DNA of 64,000 nucleotides from the human T2T-CHM13v2.0 reference genome, Homo sapiens. The notes under the pieces were generated by a model that did not search any database, was not told the origin of the DNA, and saw only the letters and a list, made by a program, of their open reading frames with translations. Where the stretch lies: assembly GCF_009914755.1 (NCBI RefSeq), contig NC_060934.1, one strand, 5' to 3'. Shown here piece by piece: positions 26,299 to 40,392 of this stretch. How positions within the stretch are numbered: the stretch's first letter is position 1; each line of letters begins with the position of its first letter. Made by a program: the position numbers and the translations under genes.

Positions 26299-29200
26299 TT
26301 GTTCCATTCGATTCTATTCGGTGATTCCATTCGATTCCATTTGATAATGATTCCATTCAAGACCATTCAATGATTCCATTCAATTCCATTCAATAATGAT
26401 TCCATTTGAGTCCATTCAACGATTCCATTCAAGTCCATTCGATGATTCCATCTGATTCCATACAATGAATACATTCGATTCCATTCTATGATGATTCCAT
26501 TTATTTCCATCTGATGATGATTCCACTCGATTCCATTCAATGATTCCATTGGATTCCATTTGATCATGATTTCAATCAATTTCATTCGATGGTTCGATTC
26601 GAATCCATTCGATGATGAGTCCATCCATTTCAATTTCATGATAATTCCATTCGTTTCAATTCGATGGTGTTTCCATTCGATTCCATTCGATGTTGATTCC
26701 ATTAGCTTCCTTTGGATGATGATTCCATTCGAGTCCATTCGATGATGATCACATTGGATTTCATTCCATAATTCTACTCGATTCCATTTGATGATGATTC
26801 CATCTGATTCCATTTGATGATTCCATTTGATTCCATTAGATGATGATTCCATTCGTTTCCATCCGATGATGATTCCATTTGATTCCGTTCAATGATTATT
26901 CCATTTGAGTCCATTCGATGATTCCATTCGATTCCATTTGATGATGATTGCATTCGAGTCCATGGATTATTCCATTCCATTCCATTAGATGGTTCCATTC
27001 GAGTCCATTCGATGATTCTCTTCGATTGCATTTGATAATTCCATTTGATTCCGTTTGACGTTGATTCCATTTGAGTCCATTCAATGATAATTCCATTCGA
27101 TTCTATGCGATGATTCCATTCCTTTCCATTTGAAGGTGATTCCATTCGAGACCATTCGATGATTGCATTCAATTCATTCGATGACGATTCCATTCAATTC
27201 CGTTCAATGATTCTATTAGATTCCATTTAATGATGATTCCATTCGATTCCATTGGTGATGATTCCATGCGATTCCATTAGATGATGACTCCTTTCATTTC
27301 CATTCAATTAGGATTCCATTCGGTTCCATATGATGATGATTCCATTGAATTCCATTTGATGACAATTCCATTCAATACCAATTGATTATGGTTATTTTTG
27401 ATTCCATTTGATGATGATTACATTCGATTCCATTTGATCATGATTCCATTTGATTCCACTCGATGATTCCATTCGATTCCATTCAATGATGATTCCATTC
27501 GAGTTCATTGACTATTCCATTCCATTCCATTCGATGATTCCATTTGAGTCCATTCGATGATTCTATTCGATTGCATTCGATAATTCCATTCGATTGCATT
27601 TGATAATTCCATTTGATTCCATTTGAGGATAATTCCATTTGAGTCCATTCGATGATTGTTCCATTCGATTCTATTCGGTGATTCCATTCGATTCTATTTG
27701 ATAATGATTCCATTCGAGACCATGCGATGATTCCATTCAATTCCATTCAATAATGATTCCATTCGAGTCCATTCAATGATTCCATTCAAGTCCATTTGTT
27801 GATTCCATCTGATTCCATTCAATGAATCCATTCGATTCCATTCTATGATGGTTCCATTCATTTCCATCTGATGATAATTCCATTCGATTCCATTCAATGA
27901 TTCCATTCGATTCCATTTGATGATGATTTCAATCAATTTCATTTGATGATTCCATTCGAATCCTTTTGATGATGAGTCCATCCATTTCAATTTCATAATT
28001 CCATTCGTTTCAATTCGATGGTGTTTCCATTCGATTCCATTCGATGTTAATTCCATTAGTTTCCATTGGATGATGATTCCATTTGAGTCCATTCGATCAT
28101 GATCACATTGGATTTCATTCCATAATTCTATTCTATTCCATTTCATGATGATTCCATCTGATTCCATTTGATGATTCCATTCGATTCCATTCTACGATGA
28201 TTCCATTCATTTCCATCTGATGATGATTCCAATTGATTCATTTCAATGATTCCATTCGATTCCATTTGATGATGATTGCAATGAATTTCATTCGATGATA
28301 CCATTTGAATCCATTCGATGATGAGTCCATCCATTTCAATTTCATGATAATTCCATTCTTTTCAATTCGATGGTGTTTCCATTTGATTGCATTCGATGTT
28401 GATTCCTTTAGTTTCCATTGGATCATGATTCCATTCGAGTCCATTCGATGATCATCACATTGGATTTCATTCCATAATTCTAACCGATTCCATTTGATGA
28501 TGATTCCATCTGATTCCATTTGATGATTCCATTCGATTCCATTCAATGACGATTCCATTCGTTTCCATCCAATGATGATTCCATTCGATTCCTTTCAATG
28601 ATTATTCCCTTCGAGTCCATTCGATGATTCCATTCGATTCCATTCGAAGATGATTGCATTCGAGTCCATGGATTATTCCATTCCATTCCATTAGATGATT
28701 CCATTCGAGTCCATTCGATGATTATCTTTGATTCCATTCAATAATTCAGTTTGATTCCGTTTGATGTTGATTCCATTTTAGTCCATTCGATGATAATTCC
28801 ATTCGATTCTATGCGATGATTCCATTCCATTCCATTTGAAGATGATTAAATTCGAGACCATTCAGTGATTGCATTCAATTCATTCGATGACGATTCCATT
28901 CAATTCCGTTCAAAGATTCCATTAGGTTTCATTTGATGATGATTCCATACGATTCCATTAGATGATGACTCCTTTCATTTCCACTCGATGATGATTCCAT
29001 TCGTTTCCATTCGACGATGATTCCATTTGATTCCGTTCAATGATTATTCCATTCGAGTCCATTCGATGATTCCATTCGATTCTATTCGATGATGATTGCA
29101 TTCGGGTCCATGGATTATTCCATTCCATTCCATTAGATGATTCCATTCGTGGCCATTTGATGATTCTCTTCGATTCCATTCGATAATTCCGTTTGACTCC

Positions 29201-32200
29201 GTTTGATGTTGATTCCATTCGAGTCCATTCAATGATAATTCCATTCGATTCTATGCGATGATTTCATTCCTTTCCATTTGATGATGATTCCATTCGAGAC
29301 CATTCGATGATTGCATTCAATTCATTCGATGACGATTCCATTCAATTCCATTCAATGATTCCATTAGATTCCATTTGATGATGATTCCATTCGATTCCAT
29401 TCAATGATGATTCCATTCGAGTTCATTGACTATTCCATTCCATTCCATTCTATGATTCCACTCGAGTCCATTAGATGATTCTATTCGATTGCATTTGATA
29501 ATTCCATTCGATTGCATTCGATATTTCCATTCGATTCCATTTGAGGATAATTCCATTTGAGTCCATTCAATGATTGTTCCATTCGATTCTATTCGGTGAT
29601 TCCATTCGATTCCATTTGATGATGATTCCATTAGAGACCATTCCATGATTCCATTCAATTCCATTCAATAAAGATTGCATTCGAGTCCATTCAATGTTTC
29701 CATTCAAGTCCATTCGATGATTCCATCTGATTCCATTCAATGAATCCATTCGATTCCATTCTATGATGATTCCATTCATTTCCATCTGATGATGATTCCA
29801 TTCGATTCCATTCAATGATTCCATTCGATTCCATTTGATGATGATTTCAATCAATTTCATTCGATGATTCCATTCGAATCCTTTCGATGATGAGTCCATC
29901 CATTTCAAATTCATGATAATTCCATTCCTTTCAATTCGATGGTGTTTCCATTCGATTCCATTCGATGTTGATTCCATTAGTTTCCATTGGATGATGATTC
30001 CGTTCGAGTCCATTCGATGATGATGACATTGGATTTCATTCCATAATTCTACTCGATTCCATTTGATGATGATTCCGTCTGCTTCCATTTGATGATTCCA
30101 TTCGATGCCATTCGATGATGATTACATTCGTTTCCATCCGATGATGATTCCATTCGATTCCGTTCAATGATTATTCCACTCGTGTCCATTTGATGATTCC
30201 ATTCGATTCCATTCGATGATGATTGCATTCGAGTCCATGGAATACTCCATTCCATTCCATTAGATGATTCCATTCGAGTCCATTCGATGATGCTCTTCGA
30301 TTCCATTCGATAATTCCGTTCGATTCCGTTTGATGTTGATTCAATTCCAGTCCATTCGATGATAATTCCATTCGATTCTATGTGATGATTCCATTCCAAT
30401 CCATTTGAAGATGATTCCATTCGAGACCATTCGATGATTGCATTCAATACATTCTATGACGATTCCATTCAATTCCGTTCAATGATTCCATTCGATTCCA
30501 TTTGATGATGATTCCATTCGATTCCATTTGATGAAGATTCCATGCGATTCCATTAGATGATGACTCCTTTCATTTCCATTCAATGAGGATTCCATTCGGT
30601 TCCATTTGATGATGATTCCTTTGAATTCCATTGGATGACAATTCCATTCAATACCAATTGATTATGGTTATTTTTGATTCCGTTTGATGATGATTATATT
30701 CGATTCCATTTGATCATGGTTCCATTCGATTCCACTCAATGATTCCATTCGATTCCATTCAATGATTATTCCATTCGAGTTCATTGACTATTCCATTCCA
30801 TTCCATTCGACGATTCCAATCGAGTCCTTTCGATGATTCTATTTGATTGCATTCAATAATTCCATTCGATTGCATTCGATAATTCCATTCGATTCCATTT
30901 GAGGATAATTCCATTTGAGTCCATTCGATGATTGTTCCATTCGATTCTATTCGGTGATTCCATTCGATTCCATTTGATAAGGATTCCTTTCGAGACCATT
31001 CGATGATTCCATTCAATTCCATTCAATAATGATTCCATTCGAGTCCATTCAGTGATTCCATTCAAGTCCTCTTGATGATTCCATCTGATTCCATTCAATG
31101 AATCCATTCGATTCCATTCTATGATGATTCCATTCGTTTCCATCTGATGATGATTCCATTCGATTCCATTCAATGATTCCATTCGATTCAATTTGATGAT
31201 GATTTCAATCAATTTCATTCGATGATTACATTTCGAATCCATTCGATGATGAGTCCATCCATTTCAATTTCATGATAATTCCATTCGTTTCAATTCGATG
31301 GTGTTTCCATTCGATTCCATTCGATGTTGATTCCATTAGTTTCCATTGGATGATGATTCCATTCGAGTCCATTCGATGATGATCACATTGGATTTCATTC
31401 CATAATTCTACTCAATTCCATTTGATGATGATTCCATCTGATTCCATTTGATGATTCCATTCAATTCCATTCGATGATGATTGCATTCGTTTCCATCCAA
31501 TGATGATTCCATTCGATTCCGTTGAATGATTGTTCCATTCGAGTCCATTCGATGATTCCATTCGATTCCATTCGATGATGAGAGCATTCGAGTCCATGGA
31601 TTATTCCATTCCATCCCATTAGATTATTTCATTCGAGTCCATTCGATGATTCTCTTCGATTGCATTTGATAATCCCGTTTGATTCCGTTTGATGTTGATT
31701 CCATTTGAGTCCATTTGATGATAATTCCATTCGATTCTATGCGATGATTCCATTCCATTCCATTTGAAGATGATTCCATTCGAGACCATTCAATGATTGC
31801 ATTAAATTCATTCGATGACAATTCCATTCAATTCCGTTCAATGATTCCATTAGAATCCATTCGATGATGATTCCATTCGATTCCATTTCATGATGATTCC
31901 ATGCGATTCCATTAGATGATGACTCCTTTCACTTCCATTCGATGATGATTCCATTCGTTTCCATTCGACGATGATTCCATTTGATTCCGTTCAATGATTA
32001 TTCCATTCGAGTCCATTCGATGATTCCATTCGATTCTATTCGATGATGATTGCATTCGGGACCATGGATTATTCCATTCCATTCCATTAGATGATTCCAT
32101 TCGTGGCCATTCGATGATTCTCTTCGATTCCATTCGATAATTCCGTTTGATTCCGTTTGATGTTGATTCCATTCGACTCCATTCAATGATAATTCCATTC

Positions 32201-35200
32201 GATTCTTTGCGATGATTCCATTCCTTTCCATTTGATGATGATTCCATTCGAGACCAATCGATGATTGCATTCAATTCATTCGATGACGATTCCATTTAAT
32301 TCCTTTCAATGATTCCATTAGATTCCATTTGATGATGATTCCATTCAAATCCATTTGATGATGATTCCATGCGATTCCATTATTTGATGACTCCTTTCAT
32401 TTCCATTCAATGAGGTTTCCATTCGGTTCCATTTGATGATGATTCCTTTGAATTCCATTTGATGACAATTCCATTCAATACCAATTGATGATTGTTATTT
32501 TTGATTCCATTTGATGATTACATTCGATTCCATTTAATCGTGATTCCATTCGATTCCACTCGATGATTCCATTCGATTCCATTCAATGATGATTCCATTC
32601 GAGTTCATTGACTATTCCATTGCATTCCATTCGATGATTCCATTCGAGTCCATTCGATGATTCTACTCGATTGCATTCGATAATTCCATTCGATTGCATT
32701 TGATAATTCCATTTGATTCCAGTTGAGGATAATTCCTTTTGAGTCCATTCGATGATTGTTCCATTCGATTCTATTCGGTGATTCCATTCGATTCCATTGG
32801 ATAATGATTCCATTCAAGACCATTCGATGATTCCATTCTATTCCATTCAATAATGATTCCATTCGAGTCCATTCAATGATTCCATTCAAGTCCATTCGAT
32901 GATTCCATCTGATTCCATTCAATGAATCCATTTGATTCCATTATATGATGATTCCATTCATTTCCATCTGATGAGGATTCCTTTCGATTCCATTCAATGA
33001 TTCCATTCGATTCAATTTGATGATGATTTCAATCAATTTCATTCGATGATTCCATTCGAATCCATTCGGTGATGAATCCATCCATTTCAATTTCATGATA
33101 ATTCCATTCATTTCAATTCGATAGTGTTTCCATTCGATTCCATTCGATATTGATTCCATTAGTTTCCATTGGATGATGGTTCCATTCGAGTCCATTCGAT
33201 GATGATCACATTGGATTTCATTCCATAATTCTATTCGATTCCATTTGATGATGATTCCATCTGATTCCATTTGATGATTCCATTCGATTCCATTCGATGA
33301 TGATTCCATTCGTTTCCATCTGATGATGATTCCATTCGATTCCGTTCAATATTTATTCCATTCGAGTCCATTTGACGATTCCATTTAATTCCATTTGATG
33401 ATGATTGCATACGAGTCCATCAATTATTCCATTCTATTTCATTAGATGATTCCATTCGAGTCTATTCGATGATTCTCTTCGATTCCATTCGATAACTCCG
33501 TTTGATTCCGTTTGATGTTGATTCCATCTGAGTCCTTTCGATGATAATTCCATTCGAATCTATACGATGATTCCTTTCCATTCCATTTGGAGATGATTCC
33601 ATTCGAGACCATTCGATGATTGTATTCAATCCATTCGATGACGATTCCTTTCAATTCCCTTCAATGATTCCATTAGATTCCATTCGATGATGATTCCATT
33701 CGATTCCATTTGATGATGATTCCATGCGATTCCAATAGATGATGACTCCTTTCATTTCCATTCGATGATGTTTCCATTCGTTTCCGTTCGGCGATGATTC
33801 CATTCGATCCCGTTCAATGATTATTCCATTCGAGTTCATTTGATGATTCCATTGGGTTCTATTCGATGATGATTGCATTCGTGTCCATGGATAATTCCAT
33901 TCCATTCCATTAGATGATTCCATTCGTGGCCATTCGATGATGCTCTTCGATTCCATTCGATAATTCCGTTTGATTCCGTTTGATGTTTATTCGATTCGAA
34001 TCCATTCAATGATAATTCCATTCGATTCTATGCGATGATTCCATTCCTTTCCATTTGAAGATGATTCCATTCCAGACCATTCGATGATTGCATTCAATTC
34101 ATTCGATGACGATTCCATTCAATTCCGTTCAATGATTCCATTAGATTCCATTTGATGATGATTCCATTTGATTCCATTATATGATGACTCCTTTCATTTC
34201 GATTCAATGAGGATTCCATTCGGTTCCATTTGATGATGATTCCTTTGAATTCCATTTGATGACAATTCCATTCAATACCAATTGACGATGTTTATTTTTG
34301 ATTCCATTTGATGATGATTACATTCGATTCCATTTGATGATGATTCCATTTGATTCCACTCGATGATTCCATTCTATTCCATTCAATGATGATTCCATTC
34401 GAGTTCATTGACTATTCCATTCCATTCCATTCGATGATTCCATTCGAGTCCATTCGATGATTCTATTCGATTGCATTCGATAATTCCATTCGGTCCATTC
34501 GATAATTCCATTTGATTCCATTTGAGAATAATTCCATTTGAGTCCATGTGATGATTGTTACATTCGATTCTATTCGGTGATTCCATTCGATTCCAATTGA
34601 TAATGATTCCATTTGAGACCATTCGATGATTCCTTTCAATTCCATTCAATAATGATTCCATTCGAGTCCATTCAATGATTCCATTCAAGTCCATTCGATG
34701 ATTCCTTCTGATTCCATTCAATGAATCCATTCGAATCCATTGTTTGATGATTCCATTCATTTCCATCTGAAGATGATTCCATTCGATTCCATTCAATGAT
34801 TCCATTCGATTCCATTCGATGATGATTCCATTCGTTTCCATCCGATGAAGATTCCATTCGATTCCGTTCAATGTTTACTCCATTTGATTTCATTCGCTGA
34901 TTCCATTCGATTCCATTTGATGATGATTGCATTCGAGTCCATGGATTATTCCATTCTATTTTATTAGATGATTCCATTCGTGGCCATTTGATGATTCTCT
35001 TCGATTCCATTCGATAATTCCGTTTGATTCCGTTTGATGTTCATTCCATTCGTTTCCTTTCAATGATTCCATTCAAGTCCATTCGATGATTCCATCTGAT
35101 TCCATTCAATGAATCCATTCGATTCCATTCTATGATGATTCCATTCTTTTCCATCTGATGATGATTCCATTCGATTCCATTCAATGATTCCATTCGATTC

Positions 35201-38200
35201 CATTTGATGATGATTTCAATCAATTTCATTCGATGATTCCATTCGAATCCATTCGATGATGAGTCCATCCATTTCAATTTCATGATAATTCCATTCGTTT
35301 CAATTCGATGGTGTTTCCATTCGATTCCATTCGATGTTGATTCCATTAGTTTCCAGTGGATGATGATTCCGTTCGATTCCATTTGATGATGATCACATTG
35401 GATTTCATTCCATAATTGTATTTGATTCCATTTGATGATGATTCCATCTGATTCCATTTCATGATTCCATTCGATTCCATTCGATAATGATTCCATTCGT
35501 TTCCATCCGATGATGATTCCATTCGATTCCGTTCAATATTTATTCCATTCGAGTCCATTCGACGATTCCATTCGATTCCATTTGAGGATGATTGCATTCT
35601 AGTCCATGGATTATTCCATTCTATTTCATTAGATGATTCCATTCGAGTCCATTCGATGATTCTCTTCGATTCCATTCGATAATTCCGTTTGATTCCGTTT
35701 GATGTTGATTCCATTTGAGTCCATTCGATGTTAATTCCATTCGATTCTATGCGATGATTCCATTCCATTCATTTTGAAGATGATTCCATTCGAGACCATT
35801 CGATGATTGCATTCAATTCATTCGATGATGATTCCATTCAATTCCGTTCAATGATTCCATTAGATTCCATTCGATGATGATTCCATTCGATTCCATTTGA
35901 TGATGATTCCATGCGATTCCATTGGATGATGACCCCTTTCATTTCCATTCTATGATGATTCCATTTGTTTCCATTCGACGATGATTCCATTCGATTCCGT
36001 TCCATGATTATTCCATTCGAGTCCATACGATGATTCCATTCGATTCTATTCGATGATGATTGCATTCGTGTCCATGGATTATTTCATTCCATTCCATTAG
36101 AGGATTCCATTCGAGGCCATTCGATGATTCTCTTCGATTCCATTCGATAATTCCGTTTGATTCCGTTTGATGTTGATTCCATTCGAGTCCATTCAATGAC
36201 AATTCCATTCGATTCTATGCGATGATTCCATTCCTTTCCATTTGAAGATGATGCCATTCGAGACCATTCGATGATTGCATTCAATTCATTCGATGACGAT
36301 TCCATTCAATTCTGTTCAATGATTCCATTAGATTCCATTCGATGATTATTCCTTTCGATTCCATTTGATGATGATTCCATGCGATTCCATTAGATGATGA
36401 TTCCTTTCATTTCCATTCAATGAGGATTCCATTCGTTTCCATTTGATGATGATTCCTTTGAATTCCATTTGATGACAATTCCATTCAATACCAACTGATG
36501 ATGGTTATTTTTGATTCCATTTGATGATGATTACACTTGATTCCATTTGATCGTGATTCTATTCGATTCCACTCGATGATTCCATTCGATTCCATTCAAT
36601 GATGATTCCATTCGAGTTCATTGACTATTCCATTCCATTCCATTCGATGATTCCATTCGAGTCCATTCGATGATTCTATTTGATGGCATTCTATAATTCC
36701 ATTCGATTGCATTCGATAAATCCATTCAATTCCATTTGAGGATAATGCCATTTGAGTCCATTCCATGATTGTTCCATTCGATTCCATTCGATAATTATTC
36801 CATTCGATTCCATTTGATAATGATTCTATTCGAGACCATTCGATGATTCCATTGAATTCCATTCAATAATGATTCCATTCGAGTCCATTCAATGTTTCCA
36901 TTCAAGTCCATTCGATGATTCTATGTGATTCCATTCAATGAATCCATTCGATTCCATTCAATGATGATTCCATTCATTTCCATATGATGATGATTCCATT
37001 CGATTCCATTCAATGATTCCATTCGATTCCATTAGATGATGATTTCAATCAATTTCATTCGATGATTCCATTCGAATCCATTCGATGATGAGTCCTTCCT
37101 TTTCAATTTCATGATAATTCCATTCGTTTCAATTCGATGGTGTTTCCATTCGATTCCATTCGATGTTGATTCCATTATTTTCCATTGGATGATGATTCCA
37201 TTCAAGTCCGTTCGATGATGATCACATTGGGTTTCATTCCATAATTCTATTCGATTCCATTTGATGATGATTCCATCTGATTCCATTTGATGATTCCATT
37301 CCATTCAATTCGATGATGATTCCATTCGTTTCCATCCGGTGAAGATTACATTGGATTCCGTTCAATGTTTATTCCTTTCGAGTCCATTCGACGATTCCAT
37401 TCGATTCCATTCGATGATGATTCCATGCGATTCCATTTGATGATGATTCCATGCGATTCCATTAGATGATGACTCCTTTCATTTGCATTCGATGATGATT
37501 CCATTTGTTTCCGTTCGACGATGATTCCATTCGATTCCGTTCAATGATTATTCCATTCGAGTCCATTCGATGATTCCATTCGATTCTATTCGATGATGAT
37601 TGCATTCGAGTCCATGGATTATTCCATTCCATTCCATTAGATGATTCCATTCGTGGCCATTCGATGATTCTTTCCGATTCCATTCGATAATTCCGTTTGA
37701 TTAAGTTTGATGTTGATTCCATTCGGTCCATTCAATCATAATTCCATTCGATTCTATGCGATGATTCCATTCCTTTCCATTTGAAGATGATTCCATTCGG
37801 GACCATTCGATGATTGCATTCAATTCATTAGATGACGGTTCCATTCAATTCCGTTCAATGATACCATTAGATTTGATTTGATGATGATTCCATTTAATGA
37901 TGATTCCATTCGATTCCATTTGATGATGATTCCATGCGATTCCATTAGATGATGACTCCTTTCATTTCCATTCAATGAGGATTCCATTCGGTTCCATTTG
38001 ATGATGATTCCTTTGAATTCCATTTGATGACAATTCCATTCAATACCAATTGATGATGGTTATTTTTGATTCCATTTGATGATGATTACATTCGATGCCA
38101 TTTGATTGTGATTCCATTCGATTCCACTCGATGATTCCATTCTATTCCATTCAATGATGATTCCATTCGAGTTCATTGACTATTCCATTCCATTCCACTC

Positions 38201-40392
38201 GATGATTCCATTCGAGTCCACTCGATGATTCTATTCGATTGCATTCGATAATTCTATTCGATTGCATTAGATAATTCCCTTCGATTCCATTTGAGGATAA
38301 TTCCATTTGAGTCCATTCGATGATTGTTCCATTCGATTCTATTCGGTGATTCCATTCGATTCCATTTGATAATGATTCCATTCGAGACCATTCGATGATT
38401 CCATTCAATTCCATTCAATAATGATTCCTTTCGAGTCCATTCAATGATTCCATTCAAGTCCATTCGATGATCCCATCTGATTCCATTCAATGAATCCATT
38501 CGATTCCATTCAGTGATGATTCCATTCATTTCCATCTGATGATGATTCCATTCGATTCCATTCAATGATGCCATTCGATTCCATTTGATGATGATTTCAA
38601 TCAATTTCATTCGATGATTCCATTCGAATCCATTCGATGATGAGTCCATCCATTTCAATTTCATGATAATTCCATTCGTTTCAATTCGATGGTGTTTCCA
38701 TTCGATTCCATACGATTTTGATTCCATTAGCTTCCATTGGATGATGATTCCGCTCGAGTCCATTCGATGATGATCATATTGGATTTCATTCCATAGTTCT
38801 ATTCGATTTCAGTTGATGATGATTCCATCTGATTCCATTTGATGATTCCATTCGATTCCATTCGATGATGATTCCATTCGTTTCCATCCGATGATGATTC
38901 CATTCAATTCCGTTCAATGTTTATTCCATTCGAGTTCATTCGCCGATTCCACTCTATTCCATTTGATGATGATTGCATTCGAGTCCATGGATTATTCCAT
39001 TCTATTTCATTAGATGATTCCATTCGAGTCCATTCGATGATTCTCTTCGATTCCATTTGATAATTCCGTTTGATTCCGTTTGATGTTGATTCCATTTGAG
39101 TCCATTCGATGATAATTCCATTCGATTCTATGCGATGATTCCATTCCACGCCATTTGAAGATGATTCCATTCGATTCCATTCGATGATTGCATTCAATTC
39201 ATTCGATGACGATTCCATTCAATTCCGTTCAACGATTCCATTAGATTCCATTTGATGATGATTCCATGCGATTCCGTTTGATGATGATTCCATGCGATTC
39301 CATTAGATGATGACTCCTTTCATTTCCATTCGATGATGATTCCATTCGTTTCCATTCGACGATGATTCCATTCGATTCCGTTTGATTATTCCATTCGAGT
39401 ACATTCGATGATTCCATTCGATTCTATTTGATGATGATTGCATTCGGGTCAAGGGATTATTCCATTCCACTCCATTAGATGATTCCATTCGTGGCCATTC
39501 GATGATTCTCTCCGATTCCATTCAATAATTCCGTTTGATTCCGTTTGATGTTGATTCCATTCGGTCCATTCAATGATAATTCCATTAGATTCCATGCGAT
39601 GATTCCATTCCTTTCCATTTGAAGATGATTCCATTCGAGACCATTCAATGATTGCATTCAATTCATTCGATGACGGTTCCATTCAATTCCTTTCAATGAT
39701 GCCATTAGATTCGATTTGATGATGAGTCCATTCGATGATTCCATTCGATTCCATTAGATGATGATTCCATGTGATTCCATTAGATGATGACTCCTTTCAT
39801 TTCCATTCAACGAGGATTCCATTCGGTTCCATTTGATGATGATTCCTTTGAATTCCATTGGATGACAATTCCATTCAATACCAATTGATGATGGTTATTT
39901 TGATTCCATTTGATGATGATTACATTCGATTCCATTTGATCGTGATTCCATTCGATTCCACTCAATGATTCCATTCGATTCCATTCAATGATGATTCCAT
40001 TCGAGTTCATTGACTATTCCATTCCATTCCATTCGATGATTCCACTCGAGTCCATTCGATGATTCTATTCGATTGCATTCGAGAATTCCATTCTATTCCA
40101 TTTGAGGATAATTCCATTTGAGTCCATTCGATGATTGTTCCATTCGATTCTATTCGGTGATTCCATTCGGTTCCATTTGATAATAATTCCATTCGAGACC
40201 ATTGGAAGATTCCATTCAATTCCATTCAATAATGATTCCATTCGAGTCCATTTAATGATTCCATTAAAGTCCATTCGATGATTCCATCTGATTCCATTCA
40301 ATGAATCCATTCGATTCCATTCTATGATGATTCCATTCATTTCCATCTGATGATGATTCCATTCGAATCCATTCGCTGATGAGTCCATCCAT
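26299..40392 (+). repeat. Human satellite 2 (HSat2/HSATII), CATTC strand on +
   Basis: Dense ATTCCATTCG, CATTCGATGATGATTC and GAGTCCATTCG words with abundant TCGA. A nested unit of ~1.36-2.2 kb is marked by TTGTTCCATTCGATTCTATTCGGTG. Confidence 0.96.

Noticed and set aside
26299-40392. Minus-strand ORFs of MESSSNGIEWNH type
   Set aside because: They are translations of HSat2, recur with the satellite unit and are interrupted at random.
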